Positions 1-12,030 of a stretch of 63,761 nt of DNA are shown in pieces. Made by a program: the position numbers and the translations under genes. The notes under the pieces are model-generated. The model ran no database searches and was not told where the DNA came from. It worked only from the letters and a program-made list of their open reading frames with translations. The DNA lies in contig NC_057710.1 of the NCBI RefSeq assembly GCF_004010195.1, forward strand, positions 35,632,869 to 35,696,629, in the 5' to 3' direction. This DNA comes from Chiloscyllium plagiosum. Lineage: Eukaryota. How positions within the stretch are numbered: the first letter of the stretch is position 1; every line of letters starts with the position of its first letter.

Positions 1-292
1 TTTCCAGCATCTGCAGTCATTGTTTTTACCTCGTTGATTTTAACCCTACTGTGAATCCTCTTGCAAGGATGCCTGCCTTGAAGAAGTTTTCCTCCTCTCT
101 CTACAAGAATCTCAGGGAGTCTCTCTCTCATTGCAACTCCCAGGTCATACCCCCACCCTCCTCTAGCTTATCTCTCCATGCTTCAGGCTCTCTGCCTTTA
201 TTCCTGATGAAGGGCTTTTGCCCGAAAAGTCGATTTTGCCTGTCCTCGGATGCTGCCTGAATTGCTGTGCTCTTCCAGCACCACTAATCCAG
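1..292 (+). mobile_element. Penelope-like element fragment: pLTR end, start of ORF, second pLTR (partial tandem arrangement)
   Basis: Begins with the pLTR end ccagcatctgcagtc. 165-292 is nearly identical to the pLTR after the Penelope RT at 35089-35217 and contains the hammerhead core CTGATGA...GAAA. Confidence 0.8.
204..231 (+). ncRNA. Minimal hammerhead ribozyme motif in PLE pLTR (ACGT palindrome mutated)
   Basis: CTGATGA-A-GGGC-TTTT-GCCC-GAAA-AGTC. Confidence 0.6.
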
Positions 293-699
293 ACTTTGCC
301 CCCAATACCATGCGCCCTAATTTTACTCACTAACCTCCTATGTGGGACTGTTGTCTGTTGGCCATGCTTTTTCCTGTAGGTCTGGACAGATATTCTGATT
401 GATCGTGTTGACTGATGCTATTTCTGTACAATGCCACTGTTGGTGATATGGTTCTAAGGCCCAGGGTCTTCAAAAGTGGAATACTGAGGAAGATGGAAAG
501 TTGATGTCAAGATAAAATACCAGGCCATGGAGCATTTGTGGAGGAACAAATAGTGCAAACATTTCAGATTATCAGCTTTCATTAGAACTTGAGGGTCACA
601 TACCTGTTTTCTCTTTCACCTGCACTACATGCAACTTTAGCAGATAACCTTGACCCCCATTGTCCAGAAGGTTTTCTGGATAGGTGCCCAGATGTAAAG

Positions 700-967
700 G
701 TTCCAGAAAAAGCTTCAAGAAAGGGCAACTTTTTCGCGCAGAGGGCGGTGCGTGTATGAAATGAGCTGCCAGAGGATGTGATGGAGGCTGGTACAATTAC
801 AACATTTAGAAGGCGTCTGGATAGGTATATGAATATGAAGGGTTTAGAGGGATATGGACCAAGTGCTGGCAAATGGGAGTGGATTAGGTTAGGATATCTG
901 GTTGGCATGGACAAGTTGGACCGAAGGGTCTGTTTCCATGCTGTACATCTCTATGACTATGACTATA
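700..967 (+). mobile_element. CR1 LINE 3' end
   Basis: RT C-terminal peptide NELPEDVMEAGTITTFRRRLDRYMN, followed by 3' UTR gaccgaagggtctgtttccatgctgta and a (ctatga)n tail. Confidence 0.85.
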
Positions 968-1373
968 ACCAAGATGCAGTAAATCAGGGCAGTAAAGTTT
1001 AAACTATAAAAGCTATTGCATATTCTGCTTTTAATCTTACCAACAAACATAAAATGTTATAAAGCACCAACAAATGCCACCTTAATATGGTTATCAATAC
1101 CATGTGCCAATGATGATATCTGTTATTTATGTATTATTTTACTATTCAAAAGCACAATAAGTTATATCTGGATTCCCATTTAACCACATGCAGCTAGTGG
1201 CTGAAATATTGCATACATTGCACTAGGTGACAGCACTCCTGCAATCATCAGTCAACATCAATGGAAATAATATTGAGACACACAGAATAATTTCCAACTT
1301 AATTTATAACAGTGTTGTTCAAACAAGTACACATTTCCATTTTTAACCCAAGCTTTATTTGTTTCCATTTTAG

Positions 1374-1694
1374 GTTCCCAAATCCGAAGATTCATATCAT
1401 TGCGATTTGTTTCTGAGCCTTCGGACACTGTAACTGTGCGGAGCGGATCTTTTCTCCTGAACTGCTCAGCCACAGCAGACCAGGGCCCAGTGACTATTGG
1501 CTGGAGAAAAGACGGAGCCTTTTTAAACCTGGCCATGGATGAGAGAAGGCAGCTGATGCCTGATGGATCCTTAATGGTACAGAATGTGATCCACTCGAAA
1601 CACCACCGACCTGACGAAGGATTGTACCAATGTGAAGCCTCAGTAGAGGGGGCTGGGATGATAGTCAGCAGAACAGCTCGACTGACTGTGGCAG
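1374..1694 (+). CDS. DCC: DCC netrin-1 receptor, internal coding exon for the first Ig domain (equivalent to exon 2)
   Basis: Acceptor tttgtttccattttag at 1373 and donor GCAG|gtaagc at 1695; 321 bp, phase 1-1. Translates (G)SQIRRFISLRFVSEPSDTVTVRSGSFLLNCSATADQGPVTIGWRKDG...MDERRQ...HSKHHRPDEGLYQCEAS...SRTARLTVA(G), matching DCC Ig1 (LRF.SEPSD, MDER, HH.PDEGLYQCEAS). Neogenin is the closest paralog alternative. Confidence 0.93.
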
Positions 1695-3866
1695 GTAAGC
1701 AAGCAAGGCTAAGCCTGGCAATAAGACAGATTCTATTGAGACTAATTCCCTTGTTTTGTCCTTTTCTACACTGTTTTCTGCCAATATTATCATTTTAATT
1801 TATACCTAAGTCAGTGTAGCACAAATTTCTTGCCAGCACAACTCGCATAAGACAAAAAGCCCAACCTATTGACTTACTGTCAATGGAACTCTGAAGTAAT
1901 GAATATTGCAGTCCCATCCTCTCTGCTGCTGTTCTCTCCTGGGAGTGCTGACTCATGATAAACTAAGGTTCCATGAGCGTTGACAGTCGTCTGGTGCTTT
2001 GCCAAGCTGGGCCTTTGCTGAGTCTGTGAGCTGTGCGGGTGAAGTGTCAACGCATGTTATTTGACTGAAAGGCATATCAAAGCCAGACCTGATCCTGCCC
2101 TCATCTGATGCTCACAGTCCAGCAGAATCGCCACGCATCAATCAGGAAGCTCATTTTTTTTCCCTCCCGAGCCTGAGGACCCTGAACTGGAGCAATCCCA
2201 TCATGCTGCTCTGACTATGATTGACGACCACTTCGCACATACTAGATGAAACCATGAACTTGCACTGCACCTGGGAGAGAAAATACCTAATGCACTATTG
2301 CCTGGGTGGTTGTAATTGCTTCTCTGATGTAAGGCTCAGCAAATATTCCAAGTAATCTTTTATGACAAGCATTGATCAATAGATTATTTGCATAAGTAAA
2401 GATGCCAGCTCAGAGAAATATCTCATTTATGGCAATATAATATCCAGCACGAAAAGTAAAAATGACAAAAAGATGGACCATCATCCCAAAATAGAATAAT
2501 TCTCCAACATTTCTATAGTTTTCAGTGGCCTGGCAGATGTCATACTGTAGCAAGTAAACATCCAACAGTTTTTCATCTGCACAGAAGTGGACAATGGAAT
2601 CTAATAAACACTGAATAAAATCAGGTTAAGTAGGTCTTAGTCTATGGATAATGAGAGCACTTTGCACTAAATAAGAATGATTACATTGCATTTTCACATG
2701 GTCTCTTTTGATCTTATATTGTCATGTAAAAAGTGAGTTTTAAAAGCTTTGGTGTGCTCTTGTGTTGATGTTCTGGCATATTACCATTTTACTGCTGTCT
2801 TTTCTGAGATGGAGAGACAGTTAAACACTACTGCAATTAAAAAGAAAGAAGACCATATTGGAAAATAACAAGCTTTAGGAGGATCTGCTGGTAGGATTTG
2901 ATGAAGGGTCAGGCTGCTGTGGAGGATAGACATTGGTGGGGACCATTTGGGCTGAATAGTCTGTTTCCATGCTATAATTATGATGTAATTCCATGTAATG
3001 ATGGGCTGAGTTTTCATAGAACAAAGAACAGTACAGAACAGAACAGACCCTTCAGCCCACGATGTTGTGCCGACCATTGATCCTCATGTATGCACCCTCA
3101 AATTTCTGTGACCATATGCATGTTCAGCAGTCTCTTAAATGTCCCCAATGACCTTGCTTCCACAACTGCTACTGGCAATGCATTCCATGCTCTCTCAACT
3201 CTGTGTAAAGAACCCACCTCTGACATCCCCTCTGTACTTTCCTCCAACCAGCTTAAAACTATGACTCTTTCTGTTAGCCATTTCTGCCCTGGGAAATAGC
3301 CTCTGACTATCGACTCTATCTGTGCCTCACATTATCTTGTATACCTCAATTAGGTCCCCTCTGCTCCTCCTTTTCTCCAATGAAAAAAGTCCAAGCTCAG
3401 TGAACCTCTCTCTGTAAGATAAGCCCTCCAGTCCAGGCAGCATCCTGGTAAACCTCCTCTGAACCCTCTCCAAAGCATCCACATCTTTCCTATAATAGGG
3501 CGACCAGAACTGGACGCAGTATTCCAAGTGCGGTCTAACCAAAGTTTTATAGAGCTGCAACAAGATCTCACGACTCTTAAACTCAATCCCCCTGTTAATG
3601 AAAGCCAAAACACCATATGCTTTCTTAATAACCCTGTCCACTTGGGTGGCCACTTTAAGGGATCTATGTACCTGCACCCCAAGATCCCTCTGTTCCTCCA
3701 CACTGCCAAGAATCCTATCCTTAAGCCTGTACTCAGCTTCCAAATTCGACCTTCCAAAATGCATCACCTCGCATTTACCCAGGTTGAACTCCATCTGCCA
3801 CCTCACAGCCCATCTCTGCATCTTGTCAATGTCCCACTGCAGCCTACAACAGCCCTCTATACTCTC

Positions 3867-4475
3867 NNNNNNNNNNNNNNNNNNNNNNNNNNNNNNNNNN
3901 NNNNNNNNNNNNNNNNNNNNNNNNNNNNNNNNNNNNNNNNNNNNNNNNNNNNNNNNNNNNNNNNNNNNNNNNNNNNNNNNNNNNNNNNNNNNNNNNNNNN
4001 NNNNNNNNNNNNNNNNNNNNNNNNNNNNNNNNNNNNNNNNNNNNNNNNNNNNNNNNNNNNNNNNNNNNNNNNNNNNNNNNNNNNNNNNNNNNNNNNNNNN
4101 NNNNNNNNNNNNNNNNNNNNNNNNNNNNNNNNNNNNNNNNNNNNNNNNNNNNNNNNNNNNNNNNNNNNNNNNNNNNNNNNNNNNNNNNNNNNNNNNNNNN
4201 NNNNNNNNNNNNNNNNNNNNNNNNNNNNNNNNNNNNNNNNNNNNNNNNNNNNNNNNNNNNNNNNNNNNNNNNNNNNNNNNNNNNNNNNNNNNNNNNNNNN
4301 NNNNNNNNNNNNNNNNNNNNNNNNNNNNNNNNNNNNNNNNNNNNNNNNNNNNNNNNNNNNNNNNNNNNNNNNNNNNNNNNNNNNNNNNNNNNNNNNNNNN
4401 NNNNNNNNNNNNNNNNNNNNNNNNNNNNNNNNNNNNNNNNNNNNNNNNNNNNNNNNNNNNNNNNNNNNNNNNNNN
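3867..4475. other. Assembly gap (N run)
   Basis: Run of n. Confidence 1.
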
Positions 4476-4705
4476 CACAAGTGTAAAATGCCTTTGTGTT
4501 CTCCCTAATCCGTTCTGCCAAGCCTTTCTTGTGTCCCCTCCTGGCTCTCCTCAGACAATTTTTGAGCTCCTTCCTCGCTTGCCTGTAATCCTGTAGAGCT
4601 GAGCTTGACCCTAGCTTCCTCCACCTTACGTAAGCTACCTTCTTCCTTTTGACGAGAAGCTCCACCGCTCTCGTCATCCAAGGTTCCTTTATCTTACCAC
4701 TTCTT

Positions 4706-4905
4706 AAAAATGTGTTGCTGGAAAAGCGCAGCAGGTCAGGCAGCATCAAAGGAACAGGAGAATCGACATTTTGGGCATAAGCCCTTCTTCAGGAATCTGC
4801 CTGAAATGTCGATTCTCCTGCTCCTTTGATGCTGCCTGACCTGCTGTGCTTTTCCAGCAACACATTTTTAAGCTCTGATCTCCAGCATCTGCGGTCCTCA
4901 CTTCC
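4706..4905 (+). mobile_element. PLE-derived foldback insertion (two opposed pLTR halves) with 14-bp TSD
   Basis: Inverted arms aaaaatgtgttgctggaaaagcgcagcagg... and ...cctgctgtgcttttccagcaacacattttt; TSD tcttaccacttctt (4692-4705) / tcttaccccttctt (4906-4919). Confidence 0.88.
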
Positions 4906-7072
4906 TCTTACCCCTTCTTGTCTGTCTCAGAGGGACATATTTATTCATCACTCGCAACAACTGTTCCTTAAACAGTCTCCACATGTCTATAGTGCCTTTA
5001 CCATGGAACAATTGCTCCCAGTCCATGCTTCCTAACTCATGTCTAATCGCATCATAGTTTCCTCTTCCCCAATTAAATATCCTCCCATTTTGCCTAATCC
5101 TCTCCTTCTCCATAGCTATGTAGAATGATTGTTGTTTGGTCCCATTCTGGGGTGGAAAATGGTTGGGAACAATTCAGTGGCACCCAAAGCAGTATATTGC
5201 TGGTGGGGCCCAACTCCAGGAGCTGCTGGGACAATCCGCAGTTCAGCAGCCTCATGAGTATCGCTGAGATATATCATTGGTCATTGCTGAGGCTACAAAT
5301 CCAAGGCAGAGGCAGCTTCAATGATGGGGATTCCTGGAAGAGAGTTGAGGCTGGACAGTCATCTCTAGCAGCCACGTTCTGGTAAGAGGGCAAAGGTGGC
5401 GCATGCACTGTGGCTGTTATGATGGCCTTTGGCATTAGACCCCTCTTCTGTGCTCATTAAAAAGTTCACACCCCAGACCATGCTGGGCAATTTCCACGTT
5501 TCACCAGGTGGTCTCTGCATAAAGTGGCAGCTCTCGCCCTGCCCAGTTTTAGACAAATGAGCCCATGATGTGATGCTTGGCTCAGCCATTCACAGGCATC
5601 TGAACCATAAACATTCCTGTTGCTGGCAATCATGTTCCGATGGGAAGAGGCCAGTCTCCGTCCCTGACAGCTTTCTCCATTATTTCACCCGCTCTCTTGT
5701 TTTCCAATCTGACCCAAACAGTGGCAAAAATTCAACCCAGTGACTGAGAAATGCTACATCATGAAAGCGAGCAGATACTGATAATAATATTTTTGTTAAA
5801 TTGGGAAGAGTGGGGAAAAGGCATTCTGAGCAGTGGATTCACATTTACATATTGAATTACAGTCACTCCATGTCTTAGAATGATTCTTTTCACACTCTTG
5901 CACAATCTCTTCCAGAGGGACAACCCAAAGGCTGGTCCCCCTCCCTTTTCCTGCTCAGTATGTTTCTTCCTCTTGTGGCATTATTTACTGATAGCGCAGT
6001 CGGTTTACCCACATATCAGTGTACAGGTGGTTCTGCTTTTCATTAGTTTGGCCTCTTTTGAACCTAAATGATAGGGCAGGAAACAAGAGGACTTGAGTGG
6101 CACACTGGTTTTACACCTCAATTTCAAAGAGAGCTGAAATGAGCTGATGTGTAAAATCAGAGTTGCACTAATTCTGTCAGTTCCCCAAGCAGCGGAATAG
6201 GTTAAAACTATAATTTAAATGTCAGCTTACAATTCATGATTTTCATCAGAGAAACTAGCTGTTGATCCTTTTGGACTAGATGAGGAATGGTAATGGGCCA
6301 TCTCAGTCACCTTGTGTTATCTTGGCAGTTGTAGGATACAATAATGTTGGAATTAACTAATCAGGGTAATAAATCGTCTATTAACTAATCTACCCAGATA
6401 TGAAATGACGCAATTCCTGATGGTGAAACTTTGGAAATTTCCTCACATTAATGATAGAATTAACGCCTGCTGTGTCTCAAGCTACTCATTTACATTAACC
6501 CAAAATATTATTTTCTGCCTTGAAGCAGCTGTTTGTGGGAGTTTAGATAGAAAGGAAGTGTACTAGCAGCTAGGGCCAACAGGCCAACAGAAACTAAAAT
6601 GCCTGGAAATACACAGCAAGTCTGGAAAGATCGGTGACTAGAGGATCAGAAATAATGCTTCAGGTTGAGGGGCCAGAGGAAGCCTTTGGCTCTCTGATTT
6701 CTGTGTCACACATGCTGATCCTTCTCGCCTTTCTCCTATGTCACTATAACTGGAGATCTCTGAGGAAACTGCATTGCTTTCCTCTGTCCAGAGGTTGCAA
6801 AAATCCCATGAAGATCATCTAAATTGAAGTGACACACTTTGATACAAAAAAACAGAAAGGAAGGGAATTGTTAAAATTGTGTATTTGGAATTGTGGATGT
6901 GCATACCCAGACAATGACGAGTGCAGCAAACAAATTATGAAGGCAAATAGTATATTGTCCTTCGTTCTAAGAGGGTTTATGTTCAGAATTAGGGATGCCT
7001 TACTAGAGTTATACAGGACCTTGAGACCACATCTGTATGGAGTTTTGGTTTCCCCATCTAAGAAAGGCTACT

Positions 7073-8320
7073 GGGCGGCACGGTGGCACAGTGGTTAGCA
7101 CTGCTGCCTCACAGTGCCAGAGACCTGGGTTCAATTCTCACTTCAGGCAACTATCTGTGTGGAGTTTGCACATTCGCCCTGTGTCTGTGTGGCTTTCCTC
7201 TGGGTGCTCTGGTTTCCTCCCACAGTCCAAAGATAATAGATAATAGGTGCAGGAGTAGGCCATTCTGTCCTTCGAGCCTGCATCACCATTCATTATGATC
7301 ATGGCTGATCATCCTCAATCAGTATCCTGTTCCTGCCTTATCCCCATAACCCTTGATTCCACTATCCTTGAGAGCTCTATCCAACTCTTTCTTAAATGAA
7401 TCCAGAGACTGGGCCCCCACTGCTTCTGGGGCAGAGCATTCCACACACCCACTACTCTCTGCGTGAAGAGGTTTCTCCTCATCTCTGTCCTAAATGGCCT
7501 ACCCCTTATTTTTAAGCTGTGTCCTCTGGTTCGGGACTCACCCATCAGCGGAAACATGTTTCCTGCCTCCAGAGTGTCCAATCCTTTAATAATCTTATAC
7601 GTCTCAATCAGATCCCCTCTCAGTCTTCTAAACTCAAGGGTATACAAGCCCAGTCGCTCCAGTCTTTCAACATAAAATAGCCCTGCCATTCCAGGCATTG
7701 ACCTCGTGAACCTACGCTGCACTCCCTCAATAGCCAGAATGTCTTTTCTCAAATTTGGAGACCAGAACTACACACAATACTCCAGGTGCGGTCTCACCAG
7801 GGCCCTGTACAGCTGCAGAAGAACCTCTTTGCTTCTATACTCAATCCCTCTTGTTATGAAGGCCAGCATGCTATTAGCCTTCTTCACTACCTGCTGTACC
7901 TGCATGCTTGCCTTCATTGACTGGTGTACAAGAACACCCAGATCTCTCTGTACTGCCCCTTTACCTAAATTGATTCCATTTAGGTAGTAATCTGCCTTCC
8001 TGTTCTTGCCACCAAAGTGGATAACCATACATTTATCCACATTACACTGCATCTGCCATGCATCTGTCCACTCACCTAACCTGTCTAGGTCACCCTGTAA
8101 TCTCCTAACATCCTCCTCACATTTCACCCTGCCACCCAGCTTTGTGCAGGTCAGATGAATTGGCCATGCTAAATTACCCGTAGTGTTAGGTGATGGGGTA
8201 AATTGTAAGGGAATGAGTCTGGGTGGGTTGCTCTCGGAGGGTCGGTGTCGACTTGTTGGGCCGAAGGGCCTGATTCCATACTGTAAGTAATCTAATCTAA
8301 TCTAATCTAATCTAATCTAC
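7073..8320 (+). mobile_element. HE1-type tRNA-derived SINE, split by a CR1 (7073-7234 and 8144-8320)
   Basis: A box TGGCACAGTGG and B box GGTTCAATTC; body ...ccacagtccaaagat|gtgcaggtcag...; CR1-like tail ending in (aatct)n. Confidence 0.9.
7235..8143 (-). mobile_element. Young 5'-truncated CR1 LINE
   Basis: ORFs 7768-8127 and 7315-7752 (LQGDLDRLGEW...LVRPHLEYCV; GDLIETYKII...FTQRVVGVWNALP). Confidence 0.95.
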
Positions 8321-10071
8321 TAGCCATAGTGGGTGTGCAGTGGATGTTCACTGGGCTGCTATTGGGGTGGCAGGACTGTCATACAAGGCCAGATTGTTTC
8401 AACTGGGCCTGTATTCAGAAGAATGAAAGGGGATCTGAATGAAATATATGACATTCTAATGGGATAGAACAGACTAGATTCAGGTACAATGTTTTCCCTC
8501 GATGTGGAGTCTAAAACCAGGAATGTAGTCTCAGTATATGGAGTAGACCATTTAGGACTTAGATGAAGAAATATTTCTTCACTCAAAGGGTAGGGAACTC
8601 CCTGCCTCAGAATGATGTGGAGGCTAATTCACTGAATATGTTCAAGAAAGAGGTAGATAAAACTTGGAGATTTTAAAGGCATCCATGCATATGGAGAGAA
8701 AGCAAGAATATTGCACTGAGCTAGAGGATCAGCCCTGATCCTATTAAATGTGGAACAGTATCAAAGGGATGAATGGCCTCCCCTGCTCCAAGTTTCCATA
8801 TGACTATGTTTAATTGTGGTTTCAAATGCAGCACCCCAAAGCAATCCAGCTGACAAATCACTGTGGATCTAGCTAGTTCTATTTTAGTCTGTGTAGGATT
8901 CTTCTTCTTGTGAGCCAGCAGGAATAGGCTCCAACAACTCTTTGAATCGGCAGCTCTAATGTGGTGGCTGAGGAAAAAGGAATGGTATTTCAAGCCATGT
9001 CCTCTTACCACCACTTGCTCACGATTGGTAGGACAGGAGTGGGGTGTTGCGTTGTGTCCCAGGAGTGCGGGAGTAAATGATCCCAGCAAGTTTTCGGACA
9101 GAAGGACTCAGCATTTGACAACTCAGCACCATTTCCTGCTTGACCTTCCAGAGGAAAGTCCAGAGCAGCATTTTATTTTGATAAGTCTGACTTGAATCCA
9201 AAGGCGGAAGCTAGTAGTCTATAACCATCACTGGAGGTATGACTAGAAGAAGATTGCAATGTACAGTGGCATTCCTGAAATGTCATCTTCAAATCACCAT
9301 TTTATTGTAAGCTTCCAAAATTCCCATTTATTCTTACAAGCTTACCTTTGGTCCATTCATCTTTCAATGACTTACTGTATTATTTAACAATTCCTGGTCC
9401 ATGCATACATTCGCTTAGATTTCCCAACATATAACACATAGACAGATTGAACTTTCATATTCTGTAGCAATGGATTGAAATATGATAATCAGAGGCACAC
9501 AGGGATTCTCTAAATATTGAAACTTTTCAATTAGCACATCACCTCCTAACAATGCTGCCGCTTGTGGTATGGTGATAATTGTGATGTTTCTCAGTCCTAC
9601 GTATGGATCATTAAGGCATGATAGTTTTCAGTCAGACACTTCTCAAACTAATAGTACTGAATTACTTCATACCAAAAGTTTCATGGCTTTACCAGATTTT
9701 CTTAATAATTTTTTTCAGCAGCACTTCCCTCAATTTTAGGGGACATGGAAGATTTGTAATTGGAAAGGTAAGTTCTGCCCATGACAGATCTGCCAGCATC
9801 TTCATCCTTTCCCCTTGTGCTGTTCCTGTTAGTGATCTATGAGCGCAGAAGTGAGTCAATAATGCTCTCTTCAGGCAGAAAGATTTCAACATCCTAAAGT
9901 CTCCACTTCTCTAAATGCAAGCTGAAGCCCACTGAACTTTGAATAGTCGGCAGGTCTGGCAACATACATGGAGAGAAAGCAGAGTTAATACTTTGAGTCT
10001 AGTGACTGTTTTTCAGGACTGGTCAGTAGACGAAAGTTTAACTCTGTTTAGGTTTCTTTAAAGATTTTTTA

Positions 10072-10396
10072 ATAGAATCCTAGAGCGTGGAAACAGGCCA
10101 TCCAGCCCAACAAGTCCACACCTACCCAACCCCCTACTCTATCCGTGTAATCCTGCATATCCCCTCACTAGTGCACCTAATCTACACACCCCTGAACAAT
10201 ATGGGTAATTCAACATGGTCAATTTACCTAACCTGCACACCTTTGGACTGTGGGAGGAAACTGGAGCACCCAGCAGAAGTCCACACAGGCATAGGGAGAA
10301 CGTGCAAACTCCACACAGACAGTCCCCTGAGGCTGGAAGCGAACTCAGGACTCTGGTCCTGTGAGGCAGCAGTGCTTACCACTGAGCTACTGTGCT
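10072..10396 (-). mobile_element. HE1-type tRNA SINE
   Basis: Reverse complement of the 7073 SINE family (gtgaggcagcagtgcttaccactgagc head; gtggaaacaggcc tail). Confidence 0.88.
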
Positions 10397-10820
10397 AATG
10401 TACCCTTTTCTTGTGAGAGGGTACACGTAACTCTCCAGCACCGCATTGAACTATCTATTCTTCACATGAACTGAAACAGTGAGGGCCAATGGATGATTTG
10501 ATCGTGGTGTATATTCTCTACAGAGTCACACACTCACAGAAACACGTGTGCATGTACACACACATTCCCATTTGGACCCAAATATGGAGCAGGAATCCTG
10601 GTTAACTTCACTTGTATAGCTCAAAGACACAGAGACAGATTGCTGTGATCAGCTAATTCATCATTGATTGACAGTTGAATGTAGGAACAAGTGTCTACTT
10701 TGTGTGGTGTTAGAGAATTATACAATATTTTAACTATGGCTAACTTAAAGATCATTTGTAACACATTGAGTAATGGGATCAGTTTCTGAAGTTACTGAAT
10801 TCAATGTTGAGACCTTTTTT

Positions 10821-11132
10821 GGGGCAACATAGTGGCTCAGTGGTTAGCACTGCTGCCTCACAGCACCAGAGCCCTGCGTTCAATTCCACCCTTGAGCAAC
10901 TGTCTGTATGGATTTGTACATTCTCCCCGTGTCTGTTTGTGTTTACGCTGGGTGCTCCAGTTTCCTCCCACAGTCTAAAAATGTGCAGGTTAGGTGGGTT
11001 GGCCATGGGAAATGCAGGGTTCTGGGGATAAGGTAGGAGAGTGGGTGTAGATAGGACACTCTTCAGAGGGTTGGCGTGAACTCGATGGGCCAAACAGTCT
11101 GCTTCCACACTGTAGAGATTCTACGTTCTATG
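10821..11132 (+). mobile_element. HE1-type tRNA SINE
   Basis: gtggctcagtggttagcactgctgcctcacagc head and gcttccacactgtagagattcta tail. Confidence 0.88.
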
Positions 11133-11149
11133 ACCTCAAGGCTGTAAAG

Positions 11150-11605
11150 TGCTTAAGTGGAAATTGAGGTGTTGTTCTTCAAGCTTATGTTGTGCTCCAT
11201 TGGAACATTACAGCAGGCCCAAGACAGAAGTGTTAGCCTGACAGCAAAGTGGGCAAAGTAAGCTCAGGGGCATTCTAACAGATAAAGCAGAGGTATTCTT
11301 CCAAGTGGTCAGCCTGTGTTTGCTGTCCCCAGTGTAAAGGAGACCACATGGTGATTTGTTGACTTTGCTTTTAGCCAAGAGGACCTATTTTCAACCTTTC
11401 ATGCCCTAACTTACACAACTTTGCATCCCTATTTCTCTGTTACCACAATTAGCAACCCCTATGCATTTTGCATTGGGTCTCCATACCTTCTGTTTACTTG
11501 GTTCCTCCTTTGCCTCTGTCAATAGAAGTAGATCGGAATCAAAACATTAACTCTGTTACTCTACTCACAGATGATGCCAGAGCTGCTGAGGTTTTGCATT
11601 TTTGG
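11150..11605. mobile_element. Degraded Penelope fragment (GIY-YIG region on minus strand, pLTR on plus strand)
   Basis: gaggtgttgttcttcaagctta... resembles 19195-19260; aaaacattaactctgttactctactcacagatgatgccag resembles the pLTR at 13445-13490. Confidence 0.5.
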
Positions 11606-11627
11606 AACATGTTTGCCCATTACATCA

Positions 11628-12030
11628 AATGGCAACAGTAGCTCAACTGATAGCACTCTCACCTCTGAGAGAAGGTTGGAGATTCAAGTCCCACTCCACA
11701 GTCTAAACACAAAATTTAGGCGAATACTTGTATAATATTTGGAAATAATGGTAAACTAAAACCCTGTCTGCTTTAAAGTGAATGTAAAAGATCGTACAGT
11801 ATGTAGAGCAAGACATGTGTCTATAATATCCTGGTCAATATTTATCCCACAGCAATATCACAAGAACAGATTATGTGCTATTGCCATGAGTTGTTTGTGG
11901 GAGTTTGCTGTATTATTTGCTGCTGCATTTTATTACTATTCAAAATATAATAGAAACATAATTTGTTAACTCTTAAGCACGTGGGATTCCCGTTGTTTAC
12001 AAAGGTGTTGCGTTAATGCAACTCTTTCTA
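11628..12030 (+). mobile_element. Deu-domain SINE (SacSINE1/AmnSINE-like), degraded
   Basis: tRNA head tagcactctcacctctgag...ttcaagtcccactcca; body gtgaatgtaaaagatc...cctggtcaatatttatccc...tgtttgtgggagtttgctgt; L2-like tail. Confidence 0.7.

Larger units (their letters stand above)
3015..5122 (-). mobile_element. CR1 LINE, 5'-truncated ORF2 (RT) plus 3' tail; contains an assembly gap and a PLE foldback insertion
   Basis: ORF 3327-3866 WQMEFNLGKCEVMHFG...LVRPHLEYCVQFWSPY; upstream ORF2 peptides at 4476-5113 (FNWGRGNYDAIR, EPWMTRAVE); tail ctgtactgttctttgttctatg. Confidence 0.95.
6830..8810 (+). mobile_element. Old CR1 LINE 3' part, split by a SINE (pieces ~6830-7072 and ~8321-8810)
   Basis: KANSILSFVLRG...LELYRTLRPHLY before the SINE; the RT C-terminus and tail continue after 8321. 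Confidence 0.8.

Noticed and set aside
1695-1798. ORF track extension of the DCC frame beyond the exon (KQARLSLAIRQ...)
   Set aside because: Read-through past the canonical donor G|gtaagc; similarity to DCC stops at the donor.
3327-4749. Long ORFs of 200-380 aa around the first gap, and likewise around 34716-35088 and 52936-53417
   Set aside because: Their length comes from runs of N translated as X.
7073-7145. tRNA-like A and B boxes at SINE heads
   Set aside because: These are SINE 5' domains continuing into SINE bodies, not tRNA genes.
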